This document shows, one piece after another, positions 1 through 13,504 of a DNA stretch of 64,000 bases. The notes beneath the pieces were generated by a model. The model saw nothing but the letters and a program-made list of their open reading frames with translations, did not search any database and was not told where the DNA came from. How positions within the stretch are numbered: position 1 is the stretch's first letter; each line of letters opens with the position of its first letter. Location of the stretch: positions 2,356,001 to 2,420,000 of the forward strand of contig NW_027117342.1 in NCBI RefSeq assembly GCF_038025025.1, in the 5' to 3' direction. Origin of the DNA: Phyllosticta citribraziliensis (lineage: Eukaryota). The translations under genes and the position numbers were made by a program.

Positions 1-1590
1 CTAGTAAACTAACTATTACGCGTAAAGGTTCTAATAATTTAAATAATTTATACCCTACTAATAGTAAAGCAGATATTCCTAGCTGCTGTATACTTAATAC
101 ATCTACTACTTATTATGGTCTAGTCTGTTAGGACTTATTACTATTATATAAGAGTTATAGTATTAAGTTATTATTATGCGGCGTTATTCGCGATCTATTG
201 CAGTTACTACTTACTTAAAGAGCTGTTTTAGCTAGCAGTATCTATAAGGACTATTATATAGAGTCCTAAGGTAAGTAAACTTTAATTCTATCTCTAACTA
301 TTACTAATTATTATCTAGGCTATCAAGTAGCATTATATATCTAGGTTTTACTACTTTATCATCCTATCTTGCCAACTAATATAATTATAGAGGAGGACAC
401 TTATATAAAGACTTAGTCAGGCTAGGCTTTACTTATTTAGCTAGGAATAGCTATAGGCTTATTACTTTACCTATAGTATACTATAGTATTAGGTTCTACT
501 TAATCAGCATTATTAGTTATCGCGCGAGGTTTATCATCTATAGCTATACAGCCTACTACTAACTAGCCTATTATACTATATCACTACTGGTTCGCTATTG
601 CACAGCCTGTTTTAGAGGAAGAAGGTAAAGAGCCTACTTATATATACTATTATTATAATCCTGTAGCTTATCAGGTTCTAGCAGCTAAGTACTTACTGCC
701 TGCTGCTTTATATAATAGCAGTAATAGTAAGATTCGCGTTATAGTGTCACTAGTTAGCTCTAATAAGGCACCTATTAAGTAGGACTTTAAGTCAATACTT
801 TACATCCCTTATAAGAATATAGAGAGTGTCGCGCGAGTAAGTTTATCTTACTAATATAAGGGATTCTTATCTAACTAATTATATAGGTGCGCCTTAGTAG
901 TTCTAAAGTACAAGAGCGCGCTAAATATATCTTGGCCTTAGGTAATAGTATACCTTACTTATATATTATAGTTTCTACTTAGCAATTTAACTACTTATTA
1001 GTTAAAACTTAAGCTAGCTTGCGCGATACTTTTCTTATCTAGTATACTAGAATTAATAACCCTGTCAGCTATACTAAGTATTATAATAATACTAATACTT
1101 ATGTGTTTATTAGTTATTACTACCTGCCTAGTTTCTTATAGGGCCGCTGTACTAACTACCTTTAAGGTACAGGCAACCTTAACTATACTATAAGTGACTT
1201 AAAGGGTGCCAAGCCGCCTACTTATTATAAGAGGCATGAAGATAAAATTTATATAGAGGAGTTCTAGAACTTGCGCTACTAAGCTAGGGTAGAGGATTAA
1301 ACTAATTAGGCTTTAGCTAAATAGGACATCCTACCTAATAAGCTAGAAGATCTAGAGGAGACTATCTTATATAATAATAGTTATAATAAGAAGAAGGGAA
1401 AAGGATAGAAGTAAAGGGTAGAAAGTAAAGAAGAGGGAAGTAGGGAATAAGTAGTAAAAAGAAGAGACTAGAGAGTAGAAGTTAAGGTTAATAGTATTTA
1501 TATAAGGGTAGATAGTAAACTAATTAGTCTACTTTCTATATCTTTATAATATTTACTATAGGCCTAAGTGACTTGTTTTATTATTACTTT
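1..1590 (-). mobile_element. RIP-degenerate element of unknown class, truncated by window start, abutting the 3' end of gypsy element A
   Basis: Minus-strand frame from ATG 1237 (MPLIISRRLGTL*VTY...) reads on for >200 codons, interrupted only by TAA/TAG. It sits where the 3' LTR of element A would be expected. Confidence 0.45.
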
Positions 1591-4500
1591 CTATTTTAAT
1601 CTATAGTTCTTCTTAGAGGAAGGCAGTCTTCTATTTTTCTAGATTTTTTAGTAGTCCTGCTATAGTAGGGTGTAATGAGTGGAATTCTTTAATTTTCTAT
1701 AGTACACTACTAAAAGAACTTATATTATACTACTAGTTATCTTAGTCATATCTAGTCTATTTAACTTAGTATTAAAGCTTTCTATATAAGACTTGACTAG
1801 CTTAAATATGGTCTACTTCCTACTTAGGCTCGTCTTAAATAATCTTAGGTTCTAGTTTAGTATATTCTTAACTAGGAAGCTGTTCTATTTCAGCCTTATA
1901 TAGCCTATTAGTATAGAAAAGGTTGACCATCTTTATATATAAGGGAAGATTAAGGATGTAGAAGGGTCCTTCTATTCCTATAATCTTAAAAGGTCTAGTA
2001 TTAGGAAAGTCTAATTTAAGGTTTAGCTAATTAGTAGACCATCCTATTTTCTTAATATAGATATAATCTCTAACTATAAAGTCTAGCGCGCGACGGTATT
2101 TATTAGCTTATTAGTATATATACTCTTAGGATTTAAGAATAAGATTCTTTATAAATTTAAAAGCTTCTTATCTTCTCTTTTATAGCATTTATACTACTAT
2201 ATAAGCTATTTTCTCTAGTTACTAGGGGGTTTTAGTTCTTTATTACTAGTTATAGTATAATTAAGGGGAATATCCTAACTTAATCTTAAAAGGTAAAAGT
2301 CTAGTAGCTTTATAGGGAAGTGTTACTTATATAAGGTCTATTAATAGTAGAAGATTAGACTAATTATTCTAAAAGTAATTAATAAAAGGTCTTAATCTTT
2401 ATATAAGATGCTGATTAATAATCTCTATAATACTATTAGTCTAAGAGTAGTAGGATGAGTTAAAATACTACTCTATACTAGTCAGCTTATATAGTTTATT
2501 TATAAACGCTGAGATGAACTAAGGGCCTTAGTTAGATAGGATAGACTTAGGGTTTCTATAAATATAGTAGATATATTTATAAAAGAGCCTAGAGACTCCT
2601 TTAGTATTAATCTTTTTTATATAAGGTAAACTAAAGGTTCTTTAACTTAACTAGTCTATAATAACTAGGATTGTATTATAGCCCTTTTAGTCTTTAGGTA
2701 TCTCTTTAAAATCTATAGCTAAGTATTACTAGGGTTGAGTAGGAATCTCTAGGGGTTATAGAAGGCCTAGGTCTTTATTATAAAACTCTTTTATTTAGCA
2801 GTAAATATGGCATCCTCGCCTATAAATATTAATTATGCAATTTATAGCTAGCTAGTAGTAATATTACTTAAGGAGTTTTCGCATCTTTATAATACTAGGA
2901 TAGGTAGTTATATAGGTAGTATATAAAGTATTAAGTATTCTTGCGCGGAGGTTATTATAATCCAGTATAAAGAGTATACTATATTATAGTAAAAGACTAT
3001 CCTTTAGTTCCTAACTATTTCTTTATTTAAGGTCTTTTAAGAGGGCTTTCTATCTCTAGAGTTCTAATTTAGAATCTTCCTAGTTTGTATAGAGAAGTTT
3101 ATCTAAAAATAATACTAGAGGAGGAAGTTCTTATTTTAAAATAGAAAGAGGGATGATAGTTTCTAGTAGGATAAGGTATATCTCTTATATAGCCCTTACT
3201 TTTTCTTTTTAAGTCTTTAGGTCTTCTTATTTTTAAGTAAGGTAATTAGTAATAATATTTTCCTTTCCTAGTTAATAGGAGAATTGTATATAGAATTCTA
3301 TAAAAAACTTAGACTATCTAGCTTGTTATTAATTAAGTTATTATTTAGTAGAGTAGTACTCTAATGCCTAATGGTCTGTAATTATAAGAAAAGGTTTTTT
3401 AAGGCTAATAAGTATTAGTCTCTATTCTTCTAGTCTATTCTTAATAGCTAGTAGTTCTTTATCTAAAATTCTATAATGAAGTTCTGTATTAGCTATTACC
3501 TTAGAGTAGAAGGCTACTAGTTTCTAATTATATAAAGGTTATTAGAGCTATGTTAAAATGCCTATAGTAACTCTATTACTTGCGTCAGTCTCTATATAAG
3601 TATTAAGAGTAGGGTTATAGTTAGCTAGGAGTGTGTTACTATATATTAGCTTCTTAAGTTACTAAATTACCTCTTCTTCTAGGGGTCCTAGTTATTACTA
3701 TTTTACCTTAGAGTATAGTTTCTCTAATAGTTAGCTAATTTATCTATAGTTAGGGAGAAATTATTAGTAGAAATTATAGAAACCTAGGAAGGATTAAAGA
3801 GCTTTAAGGGTTTTTAGTATTAGCTAGTTTTATATAGGTTCTACCTTATCTAGGTCTATCTAAATGCCTTCTATAGAAATGATATATCTAAGGAACTTTA
3901 TATAAGTAACTAAAAACTCACTCTTCTTTAAATCTACCTATAGTTCTACTTTTTATAGTCTTGCTAGTACTTTTTTTACTTGTTCCTTATGCTCTATAGG
4001 GTCTTTAGAGATAATAAGCATGTTATCTATAAAAGCCATAATGAAATTATCTAAATACTTAAAGAGAACCTAGTTAATAAAATGTTAAAAGGCTGCTAGT
4101 CTATTGCTTAATCTAAAAGGTAAGACATGGTATTTAAATAACCTATATCTTGTATAAAAAGTAGTTTTATCTTTAGAATCCTTAGTAAGACGGATGTAGT
4201 AGAAAGCTTGTTAAATATTAAGCTTAGTATAAATCTTGCCCTTTCTAATATGCTGAAGTAACTCTATAATAAGAGGGAGGGGGTGTAAATCCTTAGCAGT
4301 TTATTTATTAAGCTATTAGTAGTCTACGCAAAATCTCTATCCCCTACCAGGCTTTTTTACTACTAGAATAGGAGAAGTATAGGTGGTAAAGCTTTTAGTA
4401 ATAAAGCCTTTCTAAATATTCTTAATAATATACTCTTTTGCAGCCTTAAGCTGTTCTAGAGACATTCTATAGAGAGGGCTAGGCGGAAGCTCTAGTAGAC

Positions 4501-7500
4501 CATTATATATAAGAGATATTTTATAATTAACTCCTGTGTAATATGGTAGTAGCTTATTAGACTCTATTTTAGAAAACACATCTTAAAATTCCTTATAAGC
4601 AGCTAGTAGCTTAGAAGCTAGTAATTCCTTGGTTTCCTTATCTTTAATAGCCGCTTAGACTTGTATAAGGTTAATAGCGTAGATCTCTATTAGTGCAATT
4701 TGTATTTTATAAATAGAAAGCTTAAATACATCTTAAGTTTAGAATTTAATTCCCTTAATAACCTATATAGAGGGAAGAAGGCATTTATTAAATTTTTTAT
4801 CTCTATAGTCTATATCTACTTGGTGTTCTTTCTATAGTTCTTTACTTTGCACGGAGATTTTTAGTAGGCGTAGAAGATGCTAAAAGGACTGGTTAACTAG
4901 TAGCTATCTCTAGACTAGTTTATGTTATTTATAGTCTAGGAGGACATTGTACTAGTCGAAAAACTATTGCCTAAGAATTATGTTATTGCAGCTAATATCG
5001 CAAATAAAAGTATAAGTAGAAACCATTTAATCTTAGAAATAGAGTTAAAGATAAAAGTAAAAATTAACTTTCTTATTTATATATTAGTTAAACCTAGTAA
5101 TATTAAGCCCTTTGCCTATTATTCTCTTTTTTATAGCACCTATAGACTAGAGAGTTAGTAGTAGCTTAGGGTAAATAAAACTTATACTACTAGTACTAGT
5201 ATTAGCTAGGGCACGAATTTCTAAGGTACAGCCGTTAGATATAATTAAGGTTCGTATAGTAAAGGGTACACCTCTAATAAAGTAACTAAGATTTATATGA
5301 GAACCTTTAATATATATTACTCTAAGTTTAGACCTAAGGTAGGAGACTTTACCTAGGTCTTATTATTTTCTAATAAAGACTAATCTCCTTTATTTATATA
5401 GATATCTTTAGTGCTTTCTTCTTTAACTAACTCTATTGCCTTTATCTCTAGTTGTGGGCATTATCTCTATAAATAGCTAAACTAGCTGTAGTGATTACAC
5501 GGTCTAATCTCTATATAGACTTCTACTTTACCTTTACAGGTTGTATTGTGTAAGGGAGCCCTGGATATAGATCACACCTAGGTATAACTAGAAGATAAAG
5601 CACTTATACTGCCTAAGGTAGTTATCTTTACTTATTCTTATTATCTCTTCTTTACTCGTTCCTTATGTGATGTGAGCGTTGGTTTTCTATAGTTAGAATG
5701 GTAGTTACTAAGACTTTAAGTAATAGGGTAGGCTTATTAGAGGTACTTATAAAAGTTAACATCCCTATCTTGCTCTACAGTAACTATATGGGTTTAAAGG
5801 AGAGGATCTATTATATTATAAAAGTCCTCTTTCTACTATTCCTAGGGAAGATCTATATCTAAGGCTAATTATATAAAGTTTAATTAAAACTTCTAAAGGT
5901 CTATAGGGATGTAGTATATAAGAGAGCGTAACTACTTCTTTATATCCTTATATTTATATAGACTCTAGAGGAGGTTATCTAGGAATTTAAAGATATCCTT
6001 ATCTAGAGTGACTTTATTAGCCTTTATATAAGAAGTAAGAAAAGGAGTTAGGTGATATGAGACTTCTCTACTAATATAGGAAATAATATAACCTGTAATG
6101 TTCTATTTAGTCTCCTCTGCTGTATCCTTAGTAAAGTAATTATAGTTTTATTTAATTTTATTTTATATAAGGAGGGTCTAGTATTTATATAAGGGGTCTT
6201 CTCTATTAGTAAGAAGAGGAGGATTAGGAACCTTGCCACTTTAGTATTTCTTACTACTTAAAGATAAAGTAGAGGTTTTAGTAGTAGTTTCTCTTATATA
6301 GGTAGAAGGATCTTAAGAGAGGGTAATAGGTCTTAGGTGCTAAGCTAATAAAGAGGGCCTAATATATCCTTCCCTTAGAACTTCCCTAAGTCTGTTAGTG
6401 TAGTTTAAGAGTATTTACTTAAGAGCCTAGTTCTGCCTTTATGCATGGTTTAGTTACTACTATACTTAAGACTTGTTTAAGGATGCAATCTTAGATTTAA
6501 ATTAATTAATATCTAAGTGCAGTACCTTTATAAATGCCTCTATAACTAGAGCTTAAACTATATAAGTTAACCCTAGGTCTTAGGTATATTCTTTCACCTC
6601 TACTACTAGGACTAAGTAGAAATTATATAGGAGAATAGGAGTAGGTCCTCTCTTATTATTATTTAATAAGTATCTAGTATTGCGTAAATCTTTAGTCCCT
6701 TTATATAAATCTTATTAAGTTAATTAACTAGTACTAATACCTTTAGTAGTGCTAGATGTATTAGCTTTATTCTTAGCTATACTGTCTTTATAGTCTTCTA
6801 CTTAGAATATCCCTTAAGCAGGTTATAGATGGGATGCCTCCTAGATATTTATATACTACCCTATAGCCTTAATTAAAGACTTCTATAGTTAATACATACT
6901 TAATGCTCCTTAGTCCTTAGATGATACTGATGTGCCTAATAAAGATAACTTAGGTTTACTAGGGAAAAGTAATAAGCGGTCTTATATAAGACTGTAGCTG
7001 TGTATGATGTTACTTGGGTTGAATATTATAATACCTTTATAGGTAAAGAAGTAGGATAGAGCTAAAACTTAGAATGATCTTTTATATCTATTATAACTTA
7101 TAGATTTCTTGTTATATAGGTAAGGGCTAAAGGTAAACTGCTAGAGAATATATATATATCTTAATTAAATCTAATAAGTTAAAAGAATAAAATATAAAAG
7201 ATACTTACTACCTATATATTTCCTAGTCCTTCCTTTATACCATTCTACCTCTTATCCTTTGTACAAGGGTCCTTAGTTATTATTAGGTAAGTTATAAAGG
7301 TAAGGTATTAATAGGCTATTATGTGGTATCTGCCTAGGGCTGTAGTAGCTAGTGCCAGGCTGTAGTGGCTGGTGCTAGCCTGTGGGTTTCAGCCTGAGCT
7401 ATAGTGGGCTGCTACCTAAGGTGAGGCTTGTGCTTCTCATAACCGCGCGACGCCGGGTTTATCTATGCTGGCCCTGGTGCTTGTATAGGCGCGTGTATGC

Positions 7501-7511
7501 CTATCATGACA
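1590..7511 (-). mobile_element. Ty3/gypsy LTR retrotransposon A (degenerate gag-pol, possible chromodomain)
   Basis: Minus-strand remnants: zinc knuckle PCNHYS*FSYL*R*CPQL (~5455-5503); RT ...SPILVVKKPGRG*RFCVDY...MAFIDNMLI (~3800-4490); RNase H ETDASN...DKELLAI...TDH*ALEY (~3350-3600); integrase GYNTILVII...LSN*GP*FIS (~2300-2750). Confidence 0.9.
7008..7511 (-). repeat. 5' LTR of gypsy element A (~504 bp)
   Basis: Minus strand begins TGTCATGA (7511) and ends GTAACA (7008), giving TG...CA termini upstream of gag. No matching 3' LTR is visible in the window. Confidence 0.65.
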
Positions 7512-10500
7512 AGTTTAAAAAATTTAGCTTATTACCTAAAGAATAGGATAGAATTTTTATAGTTATACCTAACTCTCTTATTATAGAAAAGAATTATTTT
7601 AAAATTAAATAAAAAGAAGCTAAAGATAATTAAGAATAGCCTTTTAATACCTTACTATCTATTAAATAATAAGAGAAAAATAAAGAATTTAGAGTAGAAT
7701 AATAGCTACTTAATAAGATTTATAAACCTTTTATCCCTTAAGGTTAGGGAGTTAATACTACCTATAAAAATAAAGTAAATAAAATAAAACTAGTTAATAA
7801 TACTAGACCTTCTACCTAAGTACTAGAAGTTAATTTAGAATAGAGGGTAAAAGTATAGGAAAAAGTACTTATAATAATACCTTTAGAATTAAGTCCTTAT
7901 AGCTATCTTAGATTTATCCCCTAATTTATAACTACTCAGATAGGGTCTTATCTTATAGAAGAATAACTATATAAACTCTATATATAGAATAGTCTATAGG
8001 AATAAGAAAAAGTAATCTTACTTAAAATCCTATTTAATTAAGAAGAAACCCTAGCCTAGACCTTTTAAGAAATAGGGAAAGTTAATAAAGTAATAGTATC
8101 TTTATAGAAGATTAAGATAATTCCTTATAAAGCTTAATAAGTAAAGGGATACTATATTCCCTAAGCTCTCTAAAGTATTTTTAAAGAAATAGTATATAAA
8201 TATTATATAAAAGGAATACTTAAATATAGCTAAGTAAGCTACTAAAATAGGGTTTTCCTAGTAGAAAAGAAATCTTTAAGGATCTATAGGATAATTAATA
8301 ATATATAATAAGTTAATACCTAAACTATCTATAATATATACTAACCCCTAATAATAGATAAATATTCTAAATAGTTTATAGGTATATAACTACTTAGTAT
8401 CCTTAACTTCCTCTCTAGCTATAATTAAATAGGTCTCTATATTAACTCCTAAGACTTAATAACTTTCTAGATAAGCCTTAGCCTTTTCTAATAAATAATA
8501 CTTCCTTAAGGAGTAACTAACTTACCAGGTTAATTTTAAAGAGTTATAGAATTTATTCTATACTAGATCCTTAGGAAAGTAGCCAGACCTTACCTTAATA
8601 ATATTAAAGTAGCTAGACTAAAGACTAAGTATAATAATAAAATAGTAATCCCTAGGGTTTAATAATATATTCTTAAGTACCTACTAAACCTAGATACTAC
8701 TCTACTAGAACTAGAACTTACTAGATATACTATCTTAGTATTAAAATACTAGTTCTATTACCTTAAGGTTATAATTATTAGATATATCTATAGAGAAAAT
8801 AGAAGGGAGCCCCATTAATTAAAAATTACTACCATTATAGACTAGCTAAAATATAAAAATAAATACCATATTAGAATATTTTTAGGAATATATACCTACT
8901 ATTATATTTAGATTAAAAACTATACTATAGTAGCTACTCTATTATTTAATCTCCTTTAATAATTAGTAGAATTTACTTAGGGCCTTAAAGAATAAGACTT
9001 AATAGATTCTCTAAAGAGAAGCCTAATAAGGGCCCTAGTATTTAGATTAATTAACTATAATAAAGGAGCTAGAGAAATTATTTTAATAGTTAATACTTCT
9101 AATATTAGCTAGGGAGGCTACCTCCTCCAGATTAGAGATAATAATAAAAGATACCCTTATTATTATAAGAGCAGAATATAGAATTCTATAGAATAAAACT
9201 ATAACTCTAGAAAACTTAAATATAAGGCTCTCCTTAATAGCCTAAAGAAATTTAAGTCTTAGCTATATATAATAAAATTTACTATTAAGACCAATTATAC
9301 TATCTTAGTAGCCTAAATTAATAAAATAGCAACAGATCTTCCTAGAGCACTTATAACCTATTAGCTTACCTAGATCTAATTAATAGACTTTAACATTTAT
9401 TATATCCCTAGAAGAAAGAACCTAGTAGCAGATAGACTCTCTTAAAATCTAACTTTTAAATAACTACCAGATAAAGAGGAGGAGCCTACACCTTTATAAG
9501 ATATAAATAACTAGATATAGAATTAATTATTTATATATAATATTAAAGTATACCCTATCCAGCTTAATAATAATAATAAAGAAAATAGGGATATATTAAA
9601 TAATACTCTAAACTAGTTTAGAGTAATATCACTAGAAATTCCTCTAATTTAATCCCCACTTAATAAGTCATACTTAACCAAAAAATATCTTATAATTACT
9701 AAATAGCTTACTATACTTTAGTATCCTCCTCATTTAGATTAAGTAGAATTTAAATCCTTTAAGAAGTAGGCCCTTAAATTTATTATTTATAACCAGATAT
9801 TATTTAAAAAGGTAACCTAAAACTTACTACTCTATAGGGTAGTTAATAGCCCTAATTAATAATAAGCTATTTAGGAAAACATTCACAATAAAAATAGTTA
9901 CTAAGGCCTAGAAGCTACTTTAGCTAAGATCTTAAAACTCTACTTTTAAGATACTCTTTATAAAGATATCTATTAATTTATTAAGTCCTATCTAGAATAT
10001 TAGTAATAAGTATCCTATTATATTAAAGAATCTCTTAAAGTCTCCTATATAACTACTTTAATATCTCAATAGGTAATTAATATAACCTATATTACTAAAA
10101 GTAATAGAAAATTAAAATATACTATTACTTAGGAAAAAGTCTTAGGATAGGTTAAGGTAGCTACTATAAAAATAGCCAACTCTTTAGAAATAGTAAGATT
10201 TATCTATAAAGATATTATCTACTAATATAGATACCTAACCTAGATTACCTAAGATAGAGGCCCTAAAAATAAAGCTATAGTAGAAGCCCTTTAAATTAAA
10301 TATAGTATTAATATCTACTTAATAAGTACTTACTACCTAATAGCTAATAGTTTTATTAAATAGGGTTATTAGCCTATCCTTAATACCCTTTTAAAACTTA
10401 CCTAGGGTAGTAATAGATATTAGATATTCTATCTACTAACTATTACTTAGATAGACTATACTACTACTTAAAGAACTACTAGTCTAATACTAGTAGAACT

Positions 10501-13500
10501 AGTATATAGGTATAATATAATTCTTCTAATTAAGCTAGAAATCCTTTCTTAGTAGGCTCTACCTTAATCTTTAATATAGAATAATACTAACCTCCTTACC
10601 CTTTAGACCTAATAGATTAAATAATAAAACTAGTAACTATCTAAAGTTATCTTATATACCTATTAATAAAGAATTATAGCTATAAAATACTAGGATAATA
10701 TTTATAATATCTATCCTAGTACTAATATCCTAAATAAAGGAGATATAGTACTCTTAAAAAACTCTATATTAGAAATAGCCTATAATAAAAAGATATAGTT
10801 TTAATAGTAAGGCCCCTATAAGATCTTTTAAATTAACTATTATATAGATACCTATTACCTTAAGGAGCTAGGAAGGAGAGGGGCTTAGCTTTAAGATACC
10901 TATCTAGAATAATAGCTTAAAAGATTCCTATAATAAGAGGATAACCTTTAAGAAGAACCTATTATATCTATAAAAGGCCTAATTCTAGAAGAGTAACCTA
11001 TAGCTAAGGTATCTCTAATATTAATCTATAAAAGGCACCCTCCTCTATAATAAAGGGAATATAATATCTAGACTCCTATACCCTTATTTAGGGAGAGGCT
11101 TTACTCTAGTTATAGACTTAACTAAATTATAAAATTAGACTCTAACTCTAAAGACCCCCTTAAGAACTACTATAAGGTACTACTATACCTTAGACCTCCT
11201 TCCCTAAGGGTTATTATTCTACTATATTACCTATTATTAGCCCTCTAGTACTAGCTATTTCTCTCTAAAATATATAGGATCCCTAATTCTATAACCTAAA
11301 TTTATAGAGATACCCCCTAAATTAATATCCTTAAATACTTAGAAAATACTATAGTCTAGCTTAGTTTTTTATTTCTATACCTAATTTCCCTTATCTAGTT
11401 TTATTAGTAATATCCCTACCTATACTATAGACTATATCCACCCTAAAATTATAGTCCTTAAAGTACCTAGAATACCCTATATAATCTATAGCTATAGTCT
11501 CTAAAGCCCCTAGGATACCTTACCTAGTCTATAGCTATAGTCCCTAATATACCTAGGACTATATACCTACCCTACCTACTAGTAATTATAGTTACTACCC
11601 TAATTTTTAAAGTAAATATACTAGAATCCCTATTCCCTACTAGCTAAAATCCTAGGGATCCCCTTATTATAGCCCTAGAAAAATAACTAAGAAAGTAATA
11701 ATAAATAGTCCTTAAAGCTCTCTCTATTACTACCCTTAACTTAAAAAACTAAGAAAACTAAAAAATTAGATCTTACTAAGATCCCTATTACCCTTATTTT
11801 AAAATCCCTAGTTAAAAAACTAGAAATCTAGTAATTTTTATTTTCCCTATAAATTCCTAGGAGGTCTCCTACTTATTTATTAAGTATAAAAAGAACCTAG
11901 AAAAACCTCACTCCTTAATTCCCTCTTTATCCTATCTAGTAATATAATAACCTAGGCACCTAGTCTAATATTATAATACCTAATATCAAACTTAATAACC
12001 TCATTATTATATATCTTTATATATAAAAATTAGGCTAGAAACTTAGATTATAGTAGGATTTTAATAATAAACCCTTATATTAGTTACCTTAATACTAGCT
12101 TAAAATACTAACTAAAAAATAGAAAACCTAACTTACTAATTTCTTATAGCCTACTATACTTTAAAGGTATAAAGGGCTCCCTCTAAATTATCTTCCTTAA
12201 ATAACTAAGCTTTTAAAAGGGCCTCCTAATATTACTAGCTAACTTTAGTAACTCTATTAACTACTATATAGACCCTTTCCTCCTTAAGAAGTATAAAATA
12301 ATAAATAAAGTTATCTACTATATCTATTAAATAATAACTTATAAAAAGCTACTAGAACTCTAATAAATTAAGTCTCCTAGGATAAGAAGAGTAGGGCCTA
12401 GTATTAAGCTATAAACTCCTAGAAGGATTAGCTAAAAAACCCCCTAAAACTAAGATAAGTAGAATTAATATATTCCCTATTAAAAACCCTAGGAATTAAG
12501 TAATAGCTAATAAATAGAATAAAAAGACTATCCTTATTATAGCCCTAAGTATAAAGAGTATAAGGGACCTCTATTAAAATAGCTAAAATCTAAAGAGTAC
12601 TAAAGATACTAATATACTCCTCCCCTAGACTAGTAGTTATAGAATAGTTAATAAGAGCCTAATCCTAAAACCTAGATAAATTAGAATAGATCTAATTAAT
12701 CTATTACTACTAATTACTTAGTAAAGATAAAAGCTATAAGTTTTAAGAACTTATACTATAAAGTAATAGGATAATATAATCCTAAAGTACTAGGCCTAGG
12801 CCCTACTTCTTAGAAGGTATAAAGATACTAGCCTTATTATAGAAGTCTTAATAAATATCTTTTATAAGTTTAAAGGTAAAAGGCCCATCTTTACTACTAG
12901 ACTATAGGAGTAAATAAAAGGAAGTACCTATAGACTTCTTAATAAAGGATAAAGGTAAGAAGTTAAGCTAATTATAATTTAGCTAGATATTAGGACCTAG
13001 AGTAGAGATAATTACTTTAAGAATTAATAAAAGATTAAAAATAGTATTTAGTAAATAGATAACTTACTTAATTCTAAAGAGGTAGCTATAAGGATAGATT
13101 ATAAGAGAAGGATAGAATAGAGTTAAGGAGATAAAGAGGCCTTACCTAGATAAAGTAGATCTTTTATCCTAAGCCAGATCTAGCCTAATAACTATATATA
13201 GAAGGAGTATAATTATAACTACTCTTTTTAGCTTTAGTAGGTACTAACCTAATACTACTACCTACTATAAAATATACTTATCCTCCTTTAAATAACTAAC
13301 CCTCCCTACCTCTACTATATCTACCTATCCTCCCTCTACACCTATTATTCATCCTTTATACCTTTACTTTATCTCTCTATAGCTTATCTTAAGTCTATTT
13401 TTACTAGATCATACTATTTAGTAAGCTTTAGCTTACTAGTAAAGCTTAAGCTTATAGCTTTATTTTTACCTATACATCTTTAATTAGGCGCGCCTATTAT

Positions 13501-13504
13501 CACA
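7512..13504 (+). mobile_element. Ty3/gypsy LTR retrotransposon B (pol plus 3' LTR; 5' part cut off by element A)
   Basis: Plus-strand RT ...VFLVEKK...LP*GVTN...ARPYLNNI (YLDD mutated to YLNN, 8591-8602); RNase H IVNTSNIS*GG (~9085); integrase NSFIK*GY*PI (~10345); GPY (~10810). LTR-like end ...TATCACA at 13504. Confidence 0.88.

Noticed and set aside
4967..6239. Two 63-aa ORFs in the AT block
   Set aside because: Chance stop-free stretches within RIP-mutated element A, not independent genes.
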